Positions 53,523 to 61,666 of a DNA stretch of 64,000 nt are shown piece by piece (the stretch's first letter is position 1; each line of letters starts with the position of its first letter). The stretch covers positions 2,546 through 66,545 of the forward strand of contig JADFQV010000002.1 of the NCBI GenBank assembly GCA_022561635.1, in the 5' to 3' direction. The translations under genes were made by a program, and so were the position numbers. The notes beneath the pieces were generated by a model. It saw only the letters and a list, made by a program, of their open reading frames with translations, was not told the DNA's origin and made no database searches. The stretch comes from Chloroflexota bacterium. GTDB taxonomy: Bacteria; Chloroflexota; Dehalococcoidia; SM23-28-2; RBG-16-64-32.

Positions 53523-54959
53523 ATGTCCGAAGGTCCCCGCAGGCCGCCGCCGTCGCACCGCATCCCTCCCCGCAGCCGCGGCGAGGTGGAGCACGAGGCC
53601 GAACGCTCTTACGTCTTCAGGCGGGTCGTGCTGCCCGCTCAGCGGTTCATCCACACGGAGGTCCTTGGCGGCGTTGTATTGCTCCTCGCCGCCGTCGTGG
53701 CGCTGGTCTGGGCGAACTTGCCGTCGCCGCTTGACGAGGCCTACTTCAATCTCTTCGCGACCGGACTCTCCATCGATGCCGGCATCTTTCACATCGAAGA
53801 GGACCTGCACGGCTGGATAAACGAAGGCCTGATGACGTTCTTCTTCTTCGTCGTCGGGCTCGAGATCAAGCGGGAGGTGACACGGGGCGAATTGGCCGGG
53901 TTCCAGAAGGCGATGCTGCCGGTAGCCGCGGCCCTGGGCGGGATGATCGTCCCCGCCCTGATCTACATCGCGCTGAACGCCGGTGGCGAAGGCGCAAGCG
54001 GATGGGGCATCCCAATGGCGACGGACATCGCCTTCGCACTAGGAGTCCTGGCGCTCGTCGGGCGAAGGATCCCTTCGCAGTTGCGCGTGTTCCTGCTTGC
54101 GCTGGCGATCGCGGACGACATCGGCGCCATCACCGTCATCGCCGTCTTTTACACCTCCGACCTCTCGGTCGAGGCGTTGTTGATCGCCGGCGGGCTGCTT
54201 GCGTTCATCTACGGCATGAGCCGCGCCGGAGTGCGAGATATCAGCGTCTACCTGCTATTCGGCGCGCTCGCCTGGGTGGCGATGTTCGAATCCGGCGTGT
54301 CTCCCACGATCGCCGGCGTCGCTCTGGGCCTTATGACGCCCGCCGATCCGTACTACAGCCCGTCAAAGTTCGAAGAATCGATGGAGGATCTCTTCGCGAA
54401 GTATCGCGAGGCCCACGCCAGGAATGACGAGCCGGCAGCGCAACACATCCTCGGCCAGATCGAAGCGCTCACGCAGGGCACAGAGTCCCCGCTAGAGCGC
54501 CTCCTGCGGCTCTTACTCCCCATCACGAGCTTCATCATCGTGCCGCTTTTCGCGCTTGCCAACGCAGGCGTCGTGATCACCGGCGACAGCGTCAGCAACG
54601 CCGTGTCGAGCGACATCTCGCAGGGCGTCGCCTTCGGCCTCTTGCTAGGGAAGCCGGTGGGCATCTTCCTGGCGACGTGGCTCGCCGTCCGCCTTGGCAT
54701 CGCTTCCTTGCCGCGGTCCATGAACTGGTGGCACGTGCTCGGCGTCGGGCTGCTGGGCGGCGTCGGCTTCACCGTCTCGCTCTTCGTGAACGACCTGGCG
54801 TTCGATGAGCTAATCCTCGTCCGAGACGGCAAGATGGGCATCCTCGCCGGGTCTATCGTCGCCGCGATCATCGGCTACGTGATGCTCGTGCTCGTGACCC
54901 GCAAACCGGCCGGCTCTTCGGGCGAGGACGCACAGGCTATCGGCGCCGACCCCGGCTAG
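53523..54959 (+). CDS. nhaA: Na+/H+ antiporter NhaA with an N-terminal cytoplasmic extension
   Basis: WINEGLMTFFFFVVGLEIKRE, GWGIPMATDIAFALGVLAL, LLALAIADDIGAI. Confidence 0.9.
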   Translation: MSEGPRRPPPSHRIPPRSRGEVEHEAERSYVFRRVVLPAQRFIHTEVLGGVVLLLAAVVALVWANLPSPLDEAYFNLFATGLSIDAGIFHIEEDLHGWINEGLMTFFFFVVGLEIKREVTRGELAGFQKAMLPVAAALGGMIVPALIYIALNAGGEGASGWGIPMATDIAFALGVLALVGRRIPSQLRVFLLALAIADDIGAITVIAVFYTSDLSVEALLIAGGLLAFIYGMSRAGVRDISVYLLFGALAWVAMFESGVSPTIAGVALGLMTPADPYYSPSKFEESMEDLFAKYREAHARNDEPAAQHILGQIEALTQGTESPLERLLRLLLPITSFIIVPLFALANAGVVITGDSVSNAVSSDISQGVAFGLLLGKPVGIFLATWLAVRLGIASLPRSMNWWHVLGVGLLGGVGFTVSLFVNDLAFDELILVRDGKMGILAGSIVAAIIGYVMLVLVTRKPAGSSGEDAQAIGADPG

Positions 54960-55942
54960 CCGATCTCGCGCACCGCCACCGGGCGCTCCTCGCGATACGA
55001 CCGCCATGCGGCTTCGGCGAGCACCTGAGAGGTCCGCGCCTCCTTCGTCCCGACCGGCGACGCCGTGTCGCGCCACAGGCAATCGACGAACGCCCGCATC
55101 TCAGCGATGTAGGACTCACCGTAGCGCTCCGTGAAGAACGCCGTTCCGCCTCCGGCGCCATCGTCCGCCGCCGGTGGGTTGTCCGCGGTCACCAGGCCGG
55201 AAGTGCCGAAGACCTCGATGCGCTGGTCGTAGCCGGGGGCGATGCGGCTGTTGTCGATCGTGACCGAGACGCCGCTGGCAAGGCGCAAGAGCGTGATCGC
55301 CGTGTCGGGATCGTCGATCGCCGGCCCGCCCGCTTCCGCCATCACACCTCCAACCGCGTAGACGGTCTCGACCGGCGACTGCATGATGACGCCGGCGAAG
55401 TCGAGTTCGTGGATCGTCGTGCTGAAGAAGAGGTCACCAGGAGGGTTCGGCGTGTCCGCGAGCGCTGCCACCGGATCGCGCGCGATGAAGTGCGCGGCGA
55501 GCAGGCGACCGGCCTCACCGGCGTGCACGGCGTCACGCAGGCGGAGGAAGCGCGGATCGTAGCGGCGGTTGAGCCCGATGAAGAACTTCACGCCGGCTGT
55601 CTCGACAGCGGCAAGCGCGACGTCGGCCTGATCGAGCGTCCGCTCCAGCGGCTTCTCGCAGAAGACGTGCTTTCCCGCCGCGGCCGCCTCCTCGATGATC
55701 CCCGCATGCGTCTGGGGAGGCGTAGAGATGATGACTGCGGTAAGGCCCGGGTGCGCTAACAGCTCGGTGTCGCTCGCGTAGGCATCGTCGGCCTCGTTGT
55801 CCGCGGCGCAGGCCTCCGCCTTCTCGCGGTCGCCGTCAGCGACGGCGGCGAGACGGGCGCCCGGGACGCGGCGTGCGAGGTTCGCGGCGTGGACCTTTCC
55901 GATCGGCCCGGCGCCGATGACACCGATTCTAAGGTCAGCCAT
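54956..55942 (-). CDS. Gfo/Idh/MocA-family oxidoreductase (inositol 2-dehydrogenase-like)
   Basis: LRIGVIGAGPIGKVHA...VFCEKPL. Confidence 0.85.
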   Translation of the reverse strand: MADLRIGVIGAGPIGKVHAANLARRVPGARLAAVADGDREKAEACAADNEADDAYASDTELLAHPGLTAVIISTPPQTHAGIIEEAAAAGKHVFCEKPLERTLDQADVALAAVETAGVKFFIGLNRRYDPRFLRLRDAVHAGEAGRLLAAHFIARDPVAALADTPNPPGDLFFSTTIHELDFAGVIMQSPVETVYAVGGVMAEAGGPAIDDPDTAITLLRLASGVSVTIDNSRIAPGYDQRIEVFGTSGLVTADNPPAADDGAGGGTAFFTERYGESYIAEMRAFVDCLWRDTASPVGTKEARTSQVLAEAAWRSYREERPVAVREIG

Positions 55943-56856
55943 CAGAGACCCAGGCTCGCCAGGTACTCGCGGTCGGCGCGGGCGCTCTCTTCGGGACGGC
56001 CGTCGCCCGGCGGCAACTCATCTTCGACCACGACCCAGCCGTCGTAGCCGGACGAACGCATCGCCGCTAGGAGCGCCGGAAAGTTGATGTCGCCGGTGCC
56101 GGGCCGGTGGAAAACGCGCTTCGCCAGGCCTTCGAAGTAGTCCCATCCTTGCGACCGCATCTCCTCCGCAACGGCGGCGTGGTACTCCTTGAAGTGGACG
56201 TGCCGAATGCGCTCTCCGTATTGGCGGAAGGCCTCGAGCACGTCACCGCCGCCCAACGCCCAATGGCCCGTGTCGAAGCAGAGACCGAGGTCGCCGGCTT
56301 CCGTCAGCTCCATCAGCCGGGCCGTCTCAGCCGGTGTCTCGACATAGCCGGCGCAGTGATGGTGGAACACGGTGCGCAGGCCGGTCTCGTCCCGCACAGC
56401 ACGGGCGATCGCCGCTGCGCCCTCGCCGAAAGCGATCCACTGTTCGTTCGAGAGCCCGTGTTCGAGGCCGATCCGGCCGGCGTTCTGCACCCGCACGGGA
56501 TCCGAGCCGTTAGCATCGGCGAGGATCACGAACGGGGATGGCGCGCCATCGGACGCCACCGCCGCGAGGAGCCGGGCGGTGCGCAGCGCCTCCGCGAGCC
56601 CCGTCGCGTGCCCAGCGCGATCCGCCAGCGGGACTGGTACGAGCGCACCGATCATCGACAGGTCGCGCGCCGAGAGTTCGTCACGCAGCTGCGGCGCGTC
56701 GGTCGGCAGGTAGCCCCAATCGCCCAGTTCGGTGCCGGTATAGCCAGCGGCGGCGATCTCGTCGAGCACCCGAGCGAACGGCGGATAGAGCGCGGCGTCG
56801 TAGCCGCCCATCACGCCCCAGGAGCACGGCGCATTGCCAACGCGAATAGTCTCCAT
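55942..56856 (-). CDS. Sugar phosphate isomerase/epimerase (xylose-isomerase-like TIM barrel)
   Basis: Pattern ...GYTGTELG...FHHH...DTGH...HFKE.. typical of the AP-endonuclease-2/TIM family. 1-nt overlap with the downstream gene. Confidence 0.8.
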   Translation of the reverse strand: METIRVGNAPCSWGVMGGYDAALYPPFARVLDEIAAAGYTGTELGDWGYLPTDAPQLRDELSARDLSMIGALVPVPLADRAGHATGLAEALRTARLLAAVASDGAPSPFVILADANGSDPVRVQNAGRIGLEHGLSNEQWIAFGEGAAAIARAVRDETGLRTVFHHHCAGYVETPAETARLMELTEAGDLGLCFDTGHWALGGGDVLEAFRQYGERIRHVHFKEYHAAVAEEMRSQGWDYFEGLAKRVFHRPGTGDINFPALLAAMRSSGYDGWVVVEDELPPGDGRPEESARADREYLASLGL

Positions 56857-56863
56857 GAGCGCA

Positions 56864-56869
56864 ATGTTA
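56864..56869 (-). promoter_or_regulatory. -10-like hexamer TAACAT, 7 nt upstream of the ATG at 56856 (leaderless candidate)
   Basis: Reverse complement reads ggTAACATtgcgctcATG. Confidence 0.35.
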
Positions 56870-56922
56870 CCGCGCGTTATTGTGTGCCCGGCCGCGTGGC
56901 GGGCCGCTATCTGCCAATGGGG

Positions 56923-57450
56923 TCACGCACCACCATTCGGCTTGCGCGGAAGGAGGGCCTTGATCCCCAACACCACGCCGTATGCCATGCCCCCAAGGAA
57001 TAAGAGCACGAATCCGGACATGAGGAAGAACTGTACCGGGTGACCGGTCCACTCTTCCTTCCGGTTGTCCCACCAACCCTGATTCGGAAGCCTCTCCGTG
57101 GTCTCAACTTGTCCAATAACGGACGGGTTGGCAAGTATGTGATAGGAGCCAGAATATTCGTACGTCTCCGCCAGCACGAGTTCGCCGACCGCTGTGTATA
57201 CCTGCACACACTGCCCATCGAACAGCCACGACACTACGTCGTCGTATTCTAGAATCCCATCAGCAGGAACTTGTTCCTCAACACTCAGGTCGCCCTTGTA
57301 CGAAGGAGGCTGACTGCACGGTTCGTCCGACACGCGAGTGAATAGCGTCTGACCCGACCCGTTGATCACAGTGTAATTGACGGAGCCATCGCACGCCGCC
57401 AGGAGTATCAAGGCCACGGCCAGGGCTGCTAGTGGCAACAAGCGTCTCAT
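56923..57450 (-). CDS. Putative lipoprotein with an additional C-terminal TM anchor
   Basis: MRRLLPLAALAVALILLAAC lipobox. C-terminal hydrophobic segment VQFFLMSGFVLLFLGGMAYGVVLGI. Visibly lower GC than its neighbours. Confidence 0.55.
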   Translation of the reverse strand: MRRLLPLAALAVALILLAACDGSVNYTVINGSGQTLFTRVSDEPCSQPPSYKGDLSVEEQVPADGILEYDDVVSWLFDGQCVQVYTAVGELVLAETYEYSGSYHILANPSVIGQVETTERLPNQGWWDNRKEEWTGHPVQFFLMSGFVLLFLGGMAYGVVLGIKALLPRKPNGGA

Positions 57451-57483
57451 GTATCTGATACGAATCTCGGCGTGGGACTGGGG

Positions 57484-58665
57484 TTACACAGGGCCAGCCT
57501 TCAGCACTTTGCCAATCGCCGTCACGTAATCGTCCAGGTCGGCCGTCTGGACAGTCGGGTGGACGAGCAGCGCGAACAGCTCACCGGACAGGCGCTCGGT
57601 GACCGGGCAGGGATCGCCCGCGAAGCCGGCGTCGCGGAAGACGGGCTGCTGCGGCAGCGGCGTCGGATAGCGGCGCGAGATCGGCAACCCCTCAGCAGCG
57701 ACAGCGGCGACGAAGCGGCTGATATCGATGCCAGCGTCGGGGCGCAGCCGGCAGACGTACTTGTACGCGCTGGGCACGGCGTAGTCGGCGACGAAGGGCG
57801 GATCGATCGGCCCCAGCTCGCCCAGCCGCTCTGAGAGATAGGCAGCGTTGCGGCGGCGCGCCTCCAGGTACTCCTCCAGCCGGCGGAACTGAACAAGCCC
57901 CGTCGCCGCCTGCATCGAGGTCATCCGAAAGTTGTAGCCCAGCTCCAGGTGGTAGTACGCGCGCTGGCCCTCGACCGGGCCCTCGCCGTGATGGCGCAGG
58001 CGGCGCATGCGCTCCACGAGCGCCTCGTCGTCGCTGATCACGGCGCCGCCTTCGCCGCCGGTCGTGATGATCTTGTCCTCCCAGAAGCTGAAGCAGCCAA
58101 CGACGCCGATCGTGCCGACCTTGCGCCCCTTGTAAAGCGCGCCAGGGGCCTGCGCGGCGTCCTCGACGACGGCGACGCCACGCGCTCCCGCGATTTCCAG
58201 GAGCGCGTCCATGTCAGCCGGGTGACCGTTCAGGTGCACGACGACGATCGCCTTGGTGCGTTCTGTCACCCGCTCGGCGACGCTCTCGGCTGAGAGGCAG
58301 AACGTCTCCTCGTCGACATCGGCGAAGACCGGCGTCGCGCCCTGGTGCAGGATGGGCGTCGCCGAAGCGATGAAAGTGTGCGCCGGCACGATCACTTCGT
58401 CTCCAGGCCCGACACCGAGCGCCGCCAGGGCGATGTGGATCGCCGTCGTCCCAGAGCTAGTCGCAACGCATTCTCCGGCGCGGTGCCACTGCCCGAACGC
58501 CACCTCGAAGTCACGCACGAAGCTGCCGGTAAGCTGTGTCAGCTGGCCGGAGCGCAGCGCCTCGGACGCAGCCATGGCGTCCTCAGGGCCGAGAACTGGC
58601 CAGGGCGGGAACGGCTCGCTGCGGGTCTTCGGCCCACCGTCGATGGCAAGATCGGACGCGCTCAC
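57484..58665 (-). CDS. DegT/DnrJ/EryC1/StrS-family PLP-dependent sugar aminotransferase
   Basis: TSSGTTAIHIAL...VIVPAHTFIASA...FSFWEDKIITTGGEGG. GTG start. Confidence 0.9.
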   Translation of the reverse strand: MSASDLAIDGGPKTRSEPFPPWPVLGPEDAMAASEALRSGQLTQLTGSFVRDFEVAFGQWHRAGECVATSSGTTAIHIALAALGVGPGDEVIVPAHTFIASATPILHQGATPVFADVDEETFCLSAESVAERVTERTKAIVVVHLNGHPADMDALLEIAGARGVAVVEDAAQAPGALYKGRKVGTIGVVGCFSFWEDKIITTGGEGGAVISDDEALVERMRRLRHHGEGPVEGQRAYYHLELGYNFRMTSMQAATGLVQFRRLEEYLEARRRNAAYLSERLGELGPIDPPFVADYAVPSAYKYVCRLRPDAGIDISRFVAAVAAEGLPISRRYPTPLPQQPVFRDAGFAGDPCPVTERLSGELFALLVHPTVQTADLDDYVTAIGKVLKAGPV

Positions 58666-58672
58666 GGCGATG

Positions 58673-58678
58673 AGTATA
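58673..58678 (-). promoter_or_regulatory. -10-like hexamer TATACT, 7 nt upstream of the GTG at 58665 (leaderless candidate)
   Basis: Reverse complement reads ctcTATACTcatcgccGTG. Confidence 0.4.
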
Positions 58679-58682
58679 GAGG

Positions 58683-58829
58683 ATGGGGCGCGGCAGGAGA
58701 CAGGATCTGGGACGCCTGGGACAGTCGTCGGACATCGCCTCCGCGGTGGCTTTCTTGACTTCGGCCCACGCCGAATGGATCACCGAGTAAGTGCTGAGCG
58801 TCAGAGGCGCGTATTCAATGGCCAGTTAG
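58683..58829 (+). pseudogene. Remnant of the 3' end of an SDR (FabG-like) gene with an in-frame TAA at 58788
   Basis: The frame reads ...DLGRLGQSSDIASAVAFLTSAHAEWITE*VLSVRGAYSMAS*, compared with the canonical SDR C-terminus ..PLGR.GQPE(E/D)IA.AVAFLASD.AS(Y/W)ITGQ.L.VDGG.... No N-terminal part is present. Confidence 0.55.
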
Positions 58830-58900
58830 CGGCTATCTCTTCACCAATCCTCAACTTTTCCTCGCGTATTCCCCAATCCTGATGCAACGCACCCATCGAG

Positions 58901-58930
58901 AGGGCGTCTGAGATTATGTAGAGACGCCTT
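58901..58930 (+). terminator. Hairpin GGCGTCT-N12-AGACGCC, possibly the relic terminator of the decayed SDR gene
   Basis: 7-bp stem followed by TTAACT. Confidence 0.3.
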
Positions 58931-58968
58931 AACTCCGTCTACACGTGGCAGGTCACAGGCGAACCATT

Positions 58969-60525
58969 ATGGATGTAAAACGGACAGCGAAGACCAACAG
59001 GATATTTGAAGCCTTCTTCTGGCTGGCGGCTACGGTGACCATCGGCGGTCTCGTCTTCATCGACGGCGAGGTGCCGAGCGCGTTCACCACCGCGTTCTTC
59101 CTGCCGATATGCTTCACCGCCTACCGTTATCCGCTCGCGTTCAGCGTGCTGCTGGCAGCGATCGCTGCGGTCTTCAGCAGCCCCGCGATGACCGCAGTCG
59201 GAGTGAGCATGAACGATTCGATCATGCCCGTGCTCTGGCTCGGCTGGCCCGCCGTCTACCTCTTCCTGGCAGTGAGCCTCAACCAATGGGCTAGCATCCA
59301 GGAGCAACGATCGCATCTTGCCGAGAGCGAGCGCGAGCTGAACGAGATGAGCCAGCACAACCAGCGCCGCGAGCGCGAACTGGCAGCGCTTTCCAGCATC
59401 CACACGGCCATCATGTCCGGTGGCGACGAGCGGATGGTCGTCGAAGAGGTCACCCGCCGCGTGGCCGAGACCTGCGACGCCAAGATCTGCACGATCATCG
59501 TGCCAGTGGGCACCGAGAGCCAGCGCCCGTTCCTTCCCTTTGGCTTCAGCGACGACGCCTTCCGTCAGGTGTTCCCAAACGGCGCGCCGTACGGCGAAGG
59601 TGTTGAGGGCTGGACGATCCTCCACCACAAGCCAACCCAGGCAAAGAACGTCTTTGAGGATCCACGCTACAACAGACTTCGCGAATTCGCCGCGCAGGTC
59701 GGCTTCGTCACCGCAGCAGCCGCGCCCGTGGAACTGGAGGACGGCGTCTATGGTGCGCTTCTCGTCGGCTTCCCGGACGAGCGTGAGCTAACAGCAGAGG
59801 ACACTGCGCGCCTGGAACGCCTGGCGCGCCAGGCAGAGATCGCCATCCGCAGTGTGCGCCAACGCGAATCGCTCTCGCGGTTCGCTCTCGAAACGGCGAT
59901 GGGACTGACGGAGGCGATTGAGAGCCGTGATCCGTACACCGGTGGCCACTGCCGTCGCCTGGCAGACTACTCATCCATCGTGGCCAAAGAGCTGGGGATG
60001 TCGAGCCACGAGATCGAAGTCGTGCGCCTGGGCGCCGCCCTGCACGACATGGGCAAGATCGTCGTGCCGGACTCGATCCTGAAGAAGCCCGGCGCCCTGA
60101 CGCCCGAAGAATATGCGATCGTCAAGCAGCACTGCTACTCCGGCGGCCAGATCTGCAAGCGGGTCGGCTTCCTGGCGAGCGCTTACCCGATCGTCTACCA
60201 CCACCACGAGCGCTGGGACGGCCGCGGTTACCCGGACGGCATCAAGGGCGAACGAGTACCACTCGGCGCCCGCATCGTAGCCGTGATGGACGCCTACGAC
60301 GCAATGACGACCGACCGCCCGTACCGCCAGGCGGTGAGCCACGAGGAGGCGCAGTCGATCCTGCGCGACGGCGGCGGCAGCCAATGGGATCCGACGATCG
60401 TCACCCTCTTCCTCGAGATGCTAACCGCGCGCCCGAACCTGGCGATCGAAGAAGCCGTGGTCGGTCAAGACGGTCTCATCCTTCCGGACCACGCCCAACA
60501 CCCTGCGCCCGAGATCCTGAGCTAG
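58969..60525 (+). CDS. Membrane-anchored GAF / HD-GYP domain protein (c-di-GMP phosphodiesterase family)
   Basis: Four N-terminal TM helices, a coiled-coil, a GAF-like segment, then HD-GYP: GGHCRRLA...LHDMGK...HHHERWDGRGYPDG. Confidence 0.85.
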   Translation: MDVKRTAKTNRIFEAFFWLAATVTIGGLVFIDGEVPSAFTTAFFLPICFTAYRYPLAFSVLLAAIAAVFSSPAMTAVGVSMNDSIMPVLWLGWPAVYLFLAVSLNQWASIQEQRSHLAESERELNEMSQHNQRRERELAALSSIHTAIMSGGDERMVVEEVTRRVAETCDAKICTIIVPVGTESQRPFLPFGFSDDAFRQVFPNGAPYGEGVEGWTILHHKPTQAKNVFEDPRYNRLREFAAQVGFVTAAAAPVELEDGVYGALLVGFPDERELTAEDTARLERLARQAEIAIRSVRQRESLSRFALETAMGLTEAIESRDPYTGGHCRRLADYSSIVAKELGMSSHEIEVVRLGAALHDMGKIVVPDSILKKPGALTPEEYAIVKQHCYSGGQICKRVGFLASAYPIVYHHHERWDGRGYPDGIKGERVPLGARIVAVMDAYDAMTTDRPYRQAVSHEEAQSILRDGGGSQWDPTIVTLFLEMLTARPNLAIEEAVVGQDGLILPDHAQHPAPEILS

Positions 60526-60530
60526 CGCAC

Positions 60531-61592
60531 TCAGTCGAAGAGTTTGAGCTGCTCCTTGCGCTCTTCCTCCAGGTTGGTGCACGAGATCCCGATCAACCGA
60601 AACTTGTCACCGCTCCGCACCACGTTGTCCAGCAGCACCGTCGCTTCCCCATGGATCTCGTCCGTGCCATCCGTGGGCTCGCCGCGAGTTGTTTGGCGAG
60701 TGATCGTGTTGAAGTTCGAGTAGCGGAGCTTTAGGGCGATCGTCTTCGCGCGGGCGCCGTGCCTGCGCAGCCGCTCGCCGACCTCTTCGGCGATCCGGCG
60801 CAACTGGTTCCGCAGCTCGTCACCGTCGGGCAGGTCGCGCGGGAACGTCGTCTCGGCCCCGACCGACTTGCGCTCCGAATCGGTGACGACAGGCCGATCA
60901 TCGCGCCCACAAGCCATCTCGTAAACCTCGGGACCGCGCGATCCGAGAATCGCCCCCAGGCGATCGGAGCTGGACGCCGCCAGGTCGCCGATCCTGGCGA
61001 AGCCAGCCTCCGCCAGCACGGCTTCCGACTTTGGGCCGATACCCCACAACGCACGCACCGGCAGAGGCGCCAGAAACTCCGCCTCCCGCCCGGCCGGGAC
61101 GATGATGAGACCGTCCGGCTTGCCGCTTTCGGAGGCGATCTTGGCGACCGTCTTGTTGGTACCCAGCCCGACCGACAGGATGAGACCGGTGCGCTTCTTG
61201 ACCTCGGCCCTCAGGAACTCGGCCAGCGGCCGGCGCCCGCCGTGAAACTTCGCGCGGCCGCTGACGTCTAGAAACGCCTCGTCCAGCGACAGCGGCTCAA
61301 CCAGCGGCGTGACCGAGCGAAAGATCGCCATCACCTGCTTCGACATCTCGCCGTAGCGCTCGAATCGCGGCGAGATGCGAACGGCGTCCGGGCAAAGCCG
61401 CAGCGCCCGGCTCATCGGCATCGCCGACCGCACGCCGTAAGCGCGCGACTCATAAGAAGCTGCGGCAACTACGCCGCGGCTCTCGGCCGAGCCGCCGACG
61501 ACCACTGGCCTGCCGCGCAGCTCGGGATTATCCAGCTGCTCGACGGAGGCGTAGAAGGCATCGAGATCCGCGTGAACGATCGTGCGCGCCAT
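60531..61592 (-). CDS. dinB: DNA polymerase IV
   Basis: IVHADLDAFYASVEQLDNPELRGRPVVVGG...SLDEAFLDV...SVGLGTNK..AK.AS. Start at the ATG 61592. Confidence 0.9.
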   Translation of the reverse strand: MARTIVHADLDAFYASVEQLDNPELRGRPVVVGGSAESRGVVAAASYESRAYGVRSAMPMSRALRLCPDAVRISPRFERYGEMSKQVMAIFRSVTPLVEPLSLDEAFLDVSGRAKFHGGRRPLAEFLRAEVKKRTGLILSVGLGTNKTVAKIASESGKPDGLIIVPAGREAEFLAPLPVRALWGIGPKSEAVLAEAGFARIGDLAASSSDRLGAILGSRGPEVYEMACGRDDRPVVTDSERKSVGAETTFPRDLPDGDELRNQLRRIAEEVGERLRRHGARAKTIALKLRYSNFNTITRQTTRGEPTDGTDEIHGEATVLLDNVVRSGDKFRLIGISCTNLEEERKEQLKLFD

Positions 61593-61599
61593 CGCCACT

Positions 61600-61605
61600 A
61601 TGATA
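61600..61605 (-). promoter_or_regulatory. -10-like hexamer TATCAT, 7 nt upstream of the dinB ATG (leaderless candidate)
   Basis: Reverse complement reads gccaTATCATagtggcgATG. Confidence 0.4.
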
Positions 61606-61652
61606 TGGCGTTCCGCGTCCCCGCCTACAGAAAACGTGTCACACACGAGTGC

Positions 61653-61658
61653 TAAGAT
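61653..61658 (+). promoter_or_regulatory. -10-like hexamer TAAGAT, 8 nt upstream of the ATG at 61667
   Basis: gtgcTAAGATcgattcagATG. Confidence 0.3.
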
Positions 61659-61666
61659 CGATTCAG

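Noticed and set aside
51222-53810. Long minus-strand ORFs (51222-52250 at 342 aa; 52545-53810 at 421 aa).
   Set aside because: They are antisense to the ALDH, SDR and NhaA genes, all of which have textbook motifs. Their composition is a GC-frame artefact.
54956-54959. Convergent genes nhaA and the Gfo/Idh/MocA gene share a CTAG that serves as the stop codon on both strands.
   Set aside because: It is a real but trivial consequence of compact convergent gene packing, with no functional implication that I can support.
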